A stretch of 63,996 bases of DNA, the filler included, from a bacterium (GTDB taxonomy: Bacteria > JAMOTN01): the NCBI GenBank assembly GCA_027062325.1. It is 3 parts of 3 records of this genome, joined end to end, with 100 filler letters (N's around TTAATTAATTAA, not from the genome) between each part and the next. Parts side by side here need not be neighbours in the genome. Positions count along the whole stretch, not along the records: positions 1 to 22,326 come from JAMOTN010000067.1; positions 22,427 to 44,672 come from JAMOTN010000068.1; 1 more part is not named here. One strand, written 5' to 3'. The position numbers and the translations under genes are program-made. Shown here in pieces: positions 19,222 to 28,512 of the stretch. The notes under the pieces were generated by a model. It saw nothing but the letters and a program-made list of their open reading frames with translations, was not told the DNA's origin and did not search any database. How positions within the stretch are numbered: the stretch's first letter is position 1; each line of letters opens with the position of its first letter.

Positions 19222-20049
19222 GTGAGGAGATTGATAAGATACGGATTTCATCTGGCTCTTTATCCTAGAAAGTGGAAACATGCTGATTTTATCGAATCTA
19301 CAGAAAAGTTGGGATGTAACTTCTGTCAAGTATTTGCAGGAAATCCGCGTGGATGGAGTTTAAGGGCGAACAAGGAGAAGTTGCATGAGTTGGGAAAAAG
19401 AGCTAAGGAAAAAGGTATAGGAGTCCTTGTTCATACAGGTTATCTTGTGAATCTTGCTTCAAGTTTGCCGGGCGGAATTGAAAAGTCTATTAGAAGGATA
19501 GATGAAGAGATAGAGGCGGCTCATCTGTTGGGGAGTGATTACATTGTTGTGCATATGGGAAAGCCCAAAAATTTAGGCAAAGAAGAGGGTATTCGTTTGA
19601 TGATAGAGGCTTTAAAGTTGATCTCCAAAGATAAGAGGAAGTTTATACTGCTGGAGAATACTGCGGGAGCAGGAAGTGAGCTTGGGGCTAGTGTATATGA
19701 GTTGAAGAGTGTTTTAAGTGAAGTTGAGGTTGGCGGTATTTGTTTTGATACTGCTCATGCCTACGCTGCAGGAATTGATGTGGCAGATGTATCAAAGTTG
19801 AAAGAGTATGCTGACTTTTTTAGAAAATACGTTAAAGTTATCCATCTAAATGATACTGCCCGTCCTTTTAAAAGCCATGTTGATAGACATGCACTTTTAA
19901 AAAATGGATATATTGGTTCTAAGCTTGAGGACTTTGTTAAGTTTTGTTTGGATTTGAGCGTGAGGAATTTTGTGGTTGAACTTCCTTCTGATGATTTTGA
20001 GGAGTACGTTAGGAATGCCCAGATTTTAAAGGAGTGGTTGGGTGTCTGA
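19222..20049 (+). CDS. nfo: endonuclease IV (AP endonuclease family 2)
   Basis: VHTGYLVNL, VVHMG, LLENTAG, CFDTAH, IHLND, DRH and VVE zinc ligands. Confidence 0.9.
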   Translation: MRRLIRYGFHLALYPRKWKHADFIESTEKLGCNFCQVFAGNPRGWSLRANKEKLHELGKRAKEKGIGVLVHTGYLVNLASSLPGGIEKSIRRIDEEIEAAHLLGSDYIVVHMGKPKNLGKEEGIRLMIEALKLISKDKRKFILLENTAGAGSELGASVYELKSVLSEVEVGGICFDTAHAYAAGIDVADVSKLKEYADFFRKYVKVIHLNDTARPFKSHVDRHALLKNGYIGSKLEDFVKFCLDLSVRNFVVELPSDDFEEYVRNAQILKEWLGV

Positions 20050-22135
20050 AGTTAATCTTGATATAGAAAGGGCAAAGTCGGAGGCTTCCCGGCTCATTGT
20101 TCAGAAGAGATGGAAAGAGGCACTAGAAGTTTTAAAAAGTGTATGGGATAGGGAGAAAAATGTTGTAATAGGTGCGATGTTGCTTGATGTTTTAAATAAG
20201 CTTGGATACGCTGAAGCAGCTTGTGAAGTTGCCCTTGAGATTTTTAATAAGTTTGGATTGAAGAATTATGCTGCTTATGTTTTGATAATGCTTGCAGAGA
20301 TTTTTCCGAAAAATCTTCCAAATGAGTTAAAAGAAAAGTTAGAGAATAACCGTCGTGAATTTTTCAAGATTTTTCTGAAATTTTATGAAGGCTTGAAGAA
20401 TAAGCTAGATAAATTGGTAATGGGAAATTTCAGTGAGAAAGCAGGAGATATAAAAGAAAATGAGGAAAGTATAGTTCAAGAGTTTGAGCTCAATAAAGAA
20501 CTTGTGGATAACCTTTTTTCTGCTTTGTGTGAATTTGACAAAAATACCTGTTCAAAAGTTTTGGATATATGGGCGAATCGTTTGGCAAAACTCTATCGAG
20601 AGTACAGACGTGAAGAGTTATTAGAAATGGCCAAATATATGCTTGAACTTTCGCTTGATACGTCTAAGTCTCTGTCTTCATTTCTTGGATTGGCTGTCTT
20701 GTACGTTGATATAGGAGATTACGATGCGGCACTTGAGCTTTTGTGGAAGGCTGAAATGTTTTATCCCAAAGAACTCAAAATACTGGATAGGATGTCAGAA
20801 GTTTATCTGCGCGTTGGAGATTTAAAACAAGCGTGTAGAGTTTTAGAGAAAGCTTTGCAATTAAATTCAGATGATGTGGAAGTTATGAAGAAGCTGGGGA
20901 TAGTCTACAGGGAATTGGGTGAATACGATAAGGCTGAAAATATTTTAAAAGAAGCTTTGAACAAGGGTGAAGATTGGGAAATTTACTACAATCTAGGAAA
21001 GATATCGTACTTAAAAGGTGATTATGAGGCAGCCCAGATCTACTTGAAAAAGAGCAAGGCGATGAATCCAAATGATACCTATACTTACAATGCATTGGGA
21101 AAACTTTACGCTACAATGGGCAAGTTTGCCAAGGCTATAAGGGAGCATCAACAAGCTCTGGAAAGGAATCCTTATGATTACTATGCTTACCTTTGCTTAG
21201 CTCAGATTTACATGCAGCTTGATAGGTATGATGATGCATATGAGTTGTTAGAAAGAGCGGTTCGTGAGTTGGAGAATGCGGAATTAAAGGTGATGTACGC
21301 TCAACTTTTGAGAAAGCGTGATCGATTGGACGTTGCTTTAGATGTGCTTCAAGAGGTGGTTTTAAAAGACCCAGCTAATTATCAGGGTCATTACAACCTT
21401 GGGTTGGTTTACATGTCGCGAGGGGAGGAAGAGTTGGCTTTGAGGGAGTTTGAGATTGCATGGTCGTTATCGAGGGAAGATGTTTATGTTGCTAATGCTT
21501 ATGCGTCTTTACTGATTGAGCGGGGTGAGTATGAGAAGGCTGAGCGTGTGTTAAGTAAAGTTTTGGATAAAGAGGATCCTTATACATTGAATCTACTTGG
21601 AATTTGTAAGCTTGAGAGAGGAGATGAGAATGAGGCTAAAAAATTGTTTGAGCGTGCAATAGAGAAGCTTGATAAATCAGAATTTCGTTTGAACTTAGCG
21701 TATGCACTTGAGAAAATGGGAAAAGTTGATCATGCTTTAAAGGAATATGAGGATGTTGTGAAGAAAAATCCAAACTATGCACTCGCAAAATATCATCTAG
21801 GAAAATTGTATTTGGAAAAGGGTGATTATTCTAAAGCTTTAAGTTGGTTGAGAGCCGCTTGGTATGATGATCCACACGATGTATATGTGGTTAATAAGTT
21901 GGCGATTACATATATGAATTTGGGAAGAGTTAAGCAGGCAGAAGAAATTTTAAAAGAGGCTATTAAGTACGCTCCCGAGGATTGGATGTTGTGGTATAAT
22001 TTGGCTGAAGTTTACGAAAAGTTAGGGAATTTATCTGAACAAAAGAGAATGTTGTACAAGGCTTTGGAGCTTGCAGAAGGAGATAATAAGAAGTTGGTGG
22101 AGCAGAAGTTAAATGTTATTGAAGTTGCGAGTTGA
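20042..22135 (+). CDS. tetratricopeptide repeat protein
   Basis: More than 10 TPR-like units (YYNLGKISY..GDYEAA, YNALG.LY..MG, YNLGLVY, YHLGKLY). Confidence 0.9.
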   Translation: MSEVNLDIERAKSEASRLIVQKRWKEALEVLKSVWDREKNVVIGAMLLDVLNKLGYAEAACEVALEIFNKFGLKNYAAYVLIMLAEIFPKNLPNELKEKLENNRREFFKIFLKFYEGLKNKLDKLVMGNFSEKAGDIKENEESIVQEFELNKELVDNLFSALCEFDKNTCSKVLDIWANRLAKLYREYRREELLEMAKYMLELSLDTSKSLSSFLGLAVLYVDIGDYDAALELLWKAEMFYPKELKILDRMSEVYLRVGDLKQACRVLEKALQLNSDDVEVMKKLGIVYRELGEYDKAENILKEALNKGEDWEIYYNLGKISYLKGDYEAAQIYLKKSKAMNPNDTYTYNALGKLYATMGKFAKAIREHQQALERNPYDYYAYLCLAQIYMQLDRYDDAYELLERAVRELENAELKVMYAQLLRKRDRLDVALDVLQEVVLKDPANYQGHYNLGLVYMSRGEEELALREFEIAWSLSREDVYVANAYASLLIERGEYEKAERVLSKVLDKEDPYTLNLLGICKLERGDENEAKKLFERAIEKLDKSEFRLNLAYALEKMGKVDHALKEYEDVVKKNPNYALAKYHLGKLYLEKGDYSKALSWLRAAWYDDPHDVYVVNKLAITYMNLGRVKQAEEILKEAIKYAPEDWMLWYNLAEVYEKLGNLSEQKRMLYKALELAEGDNKKLVEQKLNVIEVAS

Positions 22136-22136
22136 A

Positions 22137-22325
22137 TTAGTAAGGAATAAGTAGTGCAATGATGATTCCAAGAGCTGCTATTGAAGGAGTAAGGTATCTA
22201 TAGCTTTTAACTCGTTTTGTAGTTTGGAGTTTAAAGGCGTTGCGTTTTATGAACTGAGTTATCTTGTTAACTGCAGGAATCACATCATATTTATCTTCTA
22301 TTTTCACAAAAACCCCGCCGGTTTC
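22137..22325 (-). CDS. 3' fragment of a gene cut by the contig end; possibly a vWA (BatA/BatB-like) protein C-terminus
   Basis: Manual translation ETGGVFVKIEDKYDVIPAVNKITQFIKRNAFKLQTTKRVKSYRYLTPSIAALGIIIALLIPY*; the TGG.F motif and terminal TM resemble Bat vWA proteins. Confidence 0.4.
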   Translation of the reverse strand, partial: ETGGVFVKIEDKYDVIPAVNKITQFIKRNAFKLQTTKRVKSYRYLTPSIAALGIIIALLIPY

Positions 22326-22326
22326 T

Positions 22327-22426
22327 NNNNNNNNNNNNNNNNNNNNNNNNNNNNNNNNNNNNNNNNNNNNTTAATTAATTAANNNNNNNNNNNNNNNNNN
22401 NNNNNNNNNNNNNNNNNNNNNNNNNN
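22327..22426. other. artificial contig linker
   Basis: N44-TTAATTAATTAA-N44 (stop codons in all six frames). Confidence 0.98.
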
Positions 22427-22861
22427 CCCATATCTCCTCACTGCTTCCTCTATCGCTGAAAAACACAAATCCCCCCTTATCCGATTACTTACCTTTTGGT
22501 TTTAAATTGAGGAGAATAACTTCTTTTCTTTAATCTAATTTTACCTTACTCTTTGTATGTGTAAGTATTAAGACTTACTCCTTCTTTTTTGACAAAAGTT
22601 TACATAAAATTTTTATCAAATCACAACGCTGCTCCCACTCTTGCCCTTGCCTTTACCCTTGCCCTAACCCCTTGCGAAGTGTTTGCCACCTTCAAGATGT
22701 TTGCTGCCTTCAATTTATCTTTAATTTACCTTCAATCACATTTAATCGTTTTTTATCTGCGCAATCATTTGTTTATCCAGTTTATCTGTTCTTATCTGTT
22801 TCTACAGCATAACCCGTTTGACGACTCCTAGCAGATGGCCCATTTGAGTTCATCGTTCATC

Positions 22862-22901
22862 TGTTCCTACAACATATCTGGTGTTTCTACAACATATCTG
22901 G
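22862..22901. repeat. 20-bp tandem duplication covering the stop codon of the third dynamin gene
   Basis: TGTTCCTACAACATATCTGG / TGTTTCTACAACATATCTGG (1 mismatch). Confidence 0.85.
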
Positions 22902-25046
22902 CAAGCTATTCTTTAAATTCATCAATGCATCACGTATTCGGGCCACTCCATCTTCTACTTCCTTTAGAATCTCCGCCAGCTGTTTACTGTTGAGTTTGTT
23001 ATTGCTTTTCGCTACTTTCCTAATCTTGTTTAAGGTCTCTGCAATTTCAACCGTGGAATCCATCCATTCCGCAAGCAAGTTTTCTAATTCGCTTATCAAA
23101 TTTTCATATACCCAAATCACAGAAAGTGAGGTTGTTTTAACGTATTTCCTAAATCTTTTCCAGAACTTCACAAATTCAATTACTGCTGGGAAGTTAGAGA
23201 ACTCCAAAAGATTGTGGTAGCTTACTGTTTCTATTTCGTGAACTGTTTTGAGAGCATCAATTGCATCTTGCAAAAATTTTAGCGTATGATTATTTAAAGA
23301 GCCTTTTTTGATTTTTTTTAGAAAACTTTCCACATCTTGTGCTCTGGTGAAAGAGGGGTATGCTTCTTCTATCTGTTTTACCTCACTAAAAAGTTTAGCA
23401 GATACGGGAATTACAATAATTTTTTCTTCTGGCAATCCCAGGTTGTGCAGTTTGTTTTTGATAAAATGAGCAATTCGTAATGGAATTTTTATGGTTGCCA
23501 TGTCGTGTTCCATTACGTCTATTTTGTTAATGAGACATAATATTGCTGGAGATTCTTCTCCAGTTTCTTTTATTTTCTTCACAGTGTCGGCAATTTCCTT
23601 CAAGAGTTTTAATTCTATATCCTGCAAGTGTTTTGAGTAGTCCATAACAAAAATTATTAGGTCTGAGGAAAAGATTAAGTCCTCAAGAATTTGATAAAGA
23701 AAATTATGTTCTGATGCTGCGAAATCGGGACCTACGGTATCCACAAGTTTAATGGATTCCATTAGTCTTTGGGAGGTAAGTGAGGGGTCTAAGTAAGGTA
23801 AACTTTGTGAGAGAGGAAAGAAAACGCCTATATATCCTAATTTTTTACCGTCATATTTTTTTTCTTCAAACATTTCAAATAAATGATTGTAAAGGTCCTT
23901 TGAACTGGGAAAGATTTGAATTCCGCCTTCAGTTTCGTCTGTGATAAGAACACTTTTAGAATTGAAGATGTTGACACCTTCATATATAACGATGTTTGGA
24001 GTAGGTGTCTCTGAACTTTCTGGAGCATATTTTTTGCCAATAAGTGCGTTTATAACAGAACTTTTACCTGCTTTTTTACTTCCCAAAAGAAGATAAACAT
24101 GGTTTGCCCGCATTTTTTCATTTAATGTGTTAGTCAATAGATCAATATCAGCTACTATTTTTTCACACGCGAAGGCATTTACTAATAGGTTAAATGAAAA
24201 TAAGTTGTAAAGTTCGATTAAGAAACTAAAATCTACTTTTTCAAGTGGCAACCCTACTAAATATAGGGTTTCGCTGAGTATTTGTCGCAACCCTTCTGCT
24301 ACTGCTTTTAAGTTGGAAAAGTTGAACAATAACGTTTCTCCCAGGAAGTGTTCCATGCTTATCAAAAAAGCTTTTTCTGAAATACCCAGATAAAGCATTG
24401 CTTCTGCAGTTTTAAAAATTTGATCTTCAGGAACAAACAAAAGAATCACGTTCTGCGTAGCTGTTGTCTCCAATGAGGCAATAAAATTAACAAAGTCTGA
24501 AAAACGTTTTATTGTTATAGTTTCAAAATAGCTGGAGGCAAGGTTAAGAAAGACTTCTTCTGTAAGTTCTACAACTTCTTCCTCTATACTTCTTTTCCCT
24601 CTTCTTTCTGGTTTCCCCCTTTCTTTTTTGTGTTTGTTGACTCCCGTATCTTCCCCGTCCTTTTTTAAAGTGAATTTCCTTTGAAAAAATTTTCTAATTC
24701 TCTTTTTTAACTCTGAAGGAATTTCCTTTTTCCTAAACCAACTTTTTATATAGAACTCCTCATATTTGTTGGGGGGTGCCCATGCAACAATAGCACCCCC
24801 TTTATATTCAACTTCTTCACATACCTTCACAGCTATTTTCAGAGAATCATTAATATTTCCTCCGACTTCTTCCAGCACCGTGTGTAATTTTTCTTCACCT
24901 GTCCAAATAACATGTTTTTTCCTATTTAGCGCTTCCATTAAATGAAATTTGTTTTTCGTTGTTATCACATCCATTGATCTCTTTCTCTCCTTATTGTTAA
25001 TCTCTTCTCTCTTTGTCGTTGTTTTATCCTTATTTATACTTGCCAC
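22887..25046 (-). CDS. dynamin-family GTPase (Dyn3; paralogue of 28509..31232 with a short C-terminal stalk)
   Basis: G1 GSKKAGKS, G2 APESSETPTPN, G3 DTVG, VMDYSKHLQ, G4 INKID and IPVSA; alternative start ATG 24974. Confidence 0.85.
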   Translation of the reverse strand: MASINKDKTTTKREEINNKERKRSMDVITTKNKFHLMEALNRKKHVIWTGEEKLHTVLEEVGGNINDSLKIAVKVCEEVEYKGGAIVAWAPPNKYEEFYIKSWFRKKEIPSELKKRIRKFFQRKFTLKKDGEDTGVNKHKKERGKPERRGKRSIEEEVVELTEEVFLNLASSYFETITIKRFSDFVNFIASLETTATQNVILLFVPEDQIFKTAEAMLYLGISEKAFLISMEHFLGETLLFNFSNLKAVAEGLRQILSETLYLVGLPLEKVDFSFLIELYNLFSFNLLVNAFACEKIVADIDLLTNTLNEKMRANHVYLLLGSKKAGKSSVINALIGKKYAPESSETPTPNIVIYEGVNIFNSKSVLITDETEGGIQIFPSSKDLYNHLFEMFEEKKYDGKKLGYIGVFFPLSQSLPYLDPSLTSQRLMESIKLVDTVGPDFAASEHNFLYQILEDLIFSSDLIIFVMDYSKHLQDIELKLLKEIADTVKKIKETGEESPAILCLINKIDVMEHDMATIKIPLRIAHFIKNKLHNLGLPEEKIIVIPVSAKLFSEVKQIEEAYPSFTRAQDVESFLKKIKKGSLNNHTLKFLQDAIDALKTVHEIETVSYHNLLEFSNFPAVIEFVKFWKRFRKYVKTTSLSVIWVYENLISELENLLAEWMDSTVEIAETLNKIRKVAKSNNKLNSKQLAEILKEVEDGVARIRDALMNLKNSLPDML

Positions 25047-25064
25047 AACAGCCAGTAAAAGGGG

Positions 25065-27707
25065 TTATATGTGGCTCAGCTCTGCCTTTAGTTCGCAAAT
25101 TTTGCCGAGTATTTCGTTGGCGATTCTAACCTCTAATTCCTTTTTAGCATTTTTTTCGATTTTAGAAGGGGCGATTAAAGCGATGTTGTTAACTATAAAT
25201 TCCCAGAAAATATTGGGATTGTCCTTTGTATGTGGAGATTTTATTTTGTCAACAAGAATTTCGTAATAGTAGGTCAACACGTCAACAATGGTTTCTTCAA
25301 GTCCAAGAGCATTTACAACGGTTTCCGTGAGTATCTTTTTTATGATTTCTGCATCCTTTTCTATCTCTTTTTCTACTTCTTCATAGCTTGCGTAATGTGT
25401 TTTTGTTACCTCAATGTTTTCACTTAATGCATCTGCCCTCTCTTCCTCCAATCTGTCCTCTGGATTCTTCCAATACAGGGAAAGGTGACGTTCTATAGAA
25501 TCAAGAATTTTACTCGAAAAACTTTTTTTAGAAAGGGATTTACTCTTACTGGGAACTGCGGTGTTTTTAGCGGAATTTGCTGTAGCTTGTTCTTGTTGGG
25601 AGGTTTGCAATTCTTCCATTATCTCATCTAATTTTTCTGTTACGAGCTCTAGAAGAGCAGATATTGTTTGCTTAGACAAGTTTACCATTTTATCTAAACG
25701 GCTTTTTTTAAACAGGAAGGAAACCAGTTGTAAAGCTAGTGTTTCCTTTCCAACGTATTTCTCAAGCCCGGGATATTTCTTAAAAATTTCCTCAATCATC
25801 TCTTTAAACCCTTTCCAATTAACCATCTCCTCCTGATAAATGAGTTCATTTTTTATGCCTTCAAAAGGTAGAGGAAGATAAGGATCAAAGTTTTCGTTAT
25901 ATGCAAACAAGCTGTATATATCTCTTTCCCATGTTTTAAAAACGTTCACACGGTCAGTTGACCCAACTCTATGCTTCATTATTTCTACAAATGGTCTTGT
26001 GTAACGCTGTGTTATAACTTTTATAATTTCATGTCCTTTGGCAAACGGAAACTCTCTATCCAGTAATTCCACAAGTTTCTCTAAAAGCTTATCCCATTCA
26101 TCTTTGTCAGCTTCCATTACTTCAAGCAGTTTTTCGGCAAACTTTCTGTTGATTTCCTGCAGATACGCCACAAGAACGTCTTCCAGAAAAGCCAGCTTGC
26201 TTTGCAATTTCCGGCGAAAAACTTCACGTAGTCTTTTGGCATATTCTTCCGTAACTTCAGCTTCGCGAACGTATTCTGCAGCAAGCTGGGTTTTTATTTG
26301 ATCTTTCTCTTTATCTGAAATGCTAAGGTCCATGTTTCTTATTCGCTCTATAAGTTGCTTACTTATGGCTTTCTCGTTTTTTATTTTTAGCACTTCAAAA
26401 TTTTTAAAACGCGCCAGTTTTCCTTCACCTTTTTCCGTTATATCCAGCATGAGTTTATCATAAGTTTCTTTGACAAGACCCACGTAGTTTTTTCTGACAG
26501 TGTTGGGATCTGCAACGGACTGTAAAATTTTTTCCAATGTGTCAATAATCTCGTGCAATTCTTCAAGTCGTCTGTTGATTTTCTTCTCAAGATTTGGAAT
26601 CCTTTCCTTTTCGTTGTATTCCTCAAGTTTTTTCTTCAACTCTTCAATCCCGCTGGTAATCCCCAATCCTTTCAGCCTTTCAGAAGCATTTATCTCAGAT
26701 GGGACAACTCCTTTTTCTTCAAGATAGGCAAGCGCAGATCCAAAAATGACCCTGTATTCTGGAACGTTGAGATTGTATTTTTTTAGCTCGTTCATAAAAA
26801 CTTCAAAATTTTCCTGTAAAGCTTTTGAACTACTTAGCATGTCAGCTTGGTTCAGGAAGAAAAAAAGCTTTTCTGTAAGGTAACTTCCCTCTTCTCTCAT
26901 CTTAGGACTGAGTATCATGTCAACTTCGGGTTTGTTTATGCTGGGTTTATGTGCAGGCCTTATGTAAACGATTGCGTCTACTTCTTTCATTTTCTGTTGA
27001 GTATATTTTGAGTGGCGTATTGCGGGCGAATCAAAGCCGGGCAGATCGTACATGATTATATTTTTGAACTTTTCCAAGGCTGGCGATTTAATAATTACGG
27101 TTTTTATTGCCAGAGATTTGTATTCGTCGGTAATAAAACTGCGAGCCTGTTCAGGAGACATGGTTTCTATGCCTCTATCAAGCAGTCTTTTGATTTCCCT
27201 TTTCCCATTTACCATTGATTTAAGATCATTTATAACCGAATTTACCTCTGAAGACGAAAATTTTTCTCCTACTTTTTCTATCTCTTCCATTCTCAAACTT
27301 TCCAGTGTTTGCTCGTACGCATTTGGGTAACCGATTTCAGCCAGCATTTGACGGAGTTTTTGAGTGAACTCTTCGCGCGTGAGAAAGTGGACCTCTGCAG
27401 TCGGGGTATCCGAATAAACAATTTGAGTGATGGCATAAGTCATTCTTCTGTCGGCGCGTGGAAGTATATCGTTTTCTATGAGAGCGTTTAAAAATGTGCT
27501 TTTACCCGAACTTTCAGTTCCAACAACCGCTACTTCAAATATGCCCTTCTCAAACTTTTCTTTGAACTTCTCAAAATCGCGTCGCAGCGAGTAAATTTTA
27601 TCGTAATCAATCTCTACCGGAAAATCCGAGCTATACTCTTCCAGCTTTTCAAGGAGTGAAAGAGCTTTATCAACCTTTGGTTTTAGCCTGTCAAAAGAAA
27701 ACTTCAT
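25065..27707 (-). CDS. dynamin-family GTPase (Dyn2)
   Basis: VAVVGTESSGKSTFLNALI, ILP..DRRMT (G2), YDLPGFDS (G3) and LNQAD (variant G4); long helical C-terminus; GGAGGT SD. Confidence 0.9.
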   Translation of the reverse strand: MKFSFDRLKPKVDKALSLLEKLEEYSSDFPVEIDYDKIYSLRRDFEKFKEKFEKGIFEVAVVGTESSGKSTFLNALIENDILPRADRRMTYAITQIVYSDTPTAEVHFLTREEFTQKLRQMLAEIGYPNAYEQTLESLRMEEIEKVGEKFSSSEVNSVINDLKSMVNGKREIKRLLDRGIETMSPEQARSFITDEYKSLAIKTVIIKSPALEKFKNIIMYDLPGFDSPAIRHSKYTQQKMKEVDAIVYIRPAHKPSINKPEVDMILSPKMREEGSYLTEKLFFFLNQADMLSSSKALQENFEVFMNELKKYNLNVPEYRVIFGSALAYLEEKGVVPSEINASERLKGLGITSGIEELKKKLEEYNEKERIPNLEKKINRRLEELHEIIDTLEKILQSVADPNTVRKNYVGLVKETYDKLMLDITEKGEGKLARFKNFEVLKIKNEKAISKQLIERIRNMDLSISDKEKDQIKTQLAAEYVREAEVTEEYAKRLREVFRRKLQSKLAFLEDVLVAYLQEINRKFAEKLLEVMEADKDEWDKLLEKLVELLDREFPFAKGHEIIKVITQRYTRPFVEIMKHRVGSTDRVNVFKTWERDIYSLFAYNENFDPYLPLPFEGIKNELIYQEEMVNWKGFKEMIEEIFKKYPGLEKYVGKETLALQLVSFLFKKSRLDKMVNLSKQTISALLELVTEKLDEIMEELQTSQQEQATANSAKNTAVPSKSKSLSKKSFSSKILDSIERHLSLYWKNPEDRLEEERADALSENIEVTKTHYASYEEVEKEIEKDAEIIKKILTETVVNALGLEETIVDVLTYYYEILVDKIKSPHTKDNPNIFWEFIVNNIALIAPSKIEKNAKKELEVRIANEILGKICELKAELSHI

Positions 27708-27882
27708 CGTGATCTACCTCCCTCTTTTCTGCTAAACCGACTCTAGCCACTTCGCCTCCCATTAGGTTTCCACAAGCGCCCTTAGTTTGAATTTTCTAAG
27801 ATTTTTTCCAGTTTTTCCAAAGTATCCTTGAGTTGTAATGTGATGTCTTTTAGTTCTTTAACAACCTCCTTTAACTGCTGAT

Positions 27883-28512
27883 TTACAGAGAATGCTTGAT
27901 TAATTTTAAGAAAATCATAATTACCAAGATTACGAATACAACCCCAAATATTAGCCACATCATTCTTGCTAAGTTCCTTGAGCGACTTTCCTCTTGAAGA
28001 GAACGAGTTGAAAATTTTTTTTTCAATCCACTTAGATTTTCTTTTCCGTACTTTTTGTCAAATTCTTCAAAGTTCTCCTTCAATTCCGCAAAATATTTTG
28101 GTTCCACCTCTTCAAATATTTCTGCCATTACTCCGAGAATCCGAATAAACAGATCCGTATCTTTTACAACTCTGTTGAAAGCCTCTTCAACCAATTTCTC
28201 CTGTCGCTGATGTTTAAACCATATAAAACTGCGCAGTTTGTAAATGTTTTGACTTAGAAGTTTGACTCCTTCCTGATCAAAGAGGTAGGAGGCAACCTCT
28301 ATGAGAATGGAGTCAAAGTTTACTGTTTGAATGGTTAAGGCATTCCCCTTGTAATTTTGACGAGCTATCTCTTTCTCTCTCTTTAGGAACAGTTCCTCAA
28401 CCTCAATTCCTTTCATTCCCTCACCTATCTCTATTCCCATGAGTTCTGCAAGTTCAGATAGCTTCTCTGAACCACTTTCAAATGCACGATCGTAAAAAAT
28501 CATATTCTTCAC
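27883..28512 (-). CDS. dynamin-operon accessory protein: 209 aa with C-terminal TM in frame 0, or 243 aa with a coiled-coil tail after a -1 shift at an A9 tract
   Basis: GTGA overlap with the Dyn1 stop; A9 at 28015-28023; the -1 frame stays open to 27782. Confidence 0.7.
   Translation of the reverse strand: MKNMIFYDRAFESGSEKLSELAELMGIEIGEGMKGIEVEELFLKREKEIARQNYKGNALTIQTVNFDSILIEVASYLFDQEGVKLLSQNIYKLRSFIWFKHQRQEKLVEEAFNRVVKDTDLFIRILGVMAEIFEEVEPKYFAELKENFEEFDKKYGKENLSGLKKKFSTRSLQEESRSRNLARMMWLIFGVVFVILVIMIFLKLIKHSL

Noticed and set aside
22327-22426. TTAATTAATTAA palindrome inside N runs (also at 44673-44772)
   Set aside because: Identical 100-nt artificial linker between contigs; not biological, and adjacency across it cannot be interpreted.
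22589-22831. 80-aa plus-strand ORF
   Set aside because: TTG start without SD, low-complexity sequence overlapping the repeats, opposite to local gene orientation.
22635-22901. Possible CRISPR array or iteron set
   Set aside because: Repeat units differ from each other, occur only twice each, have no unique spacers of regular length, and no cas or rep genes are present.
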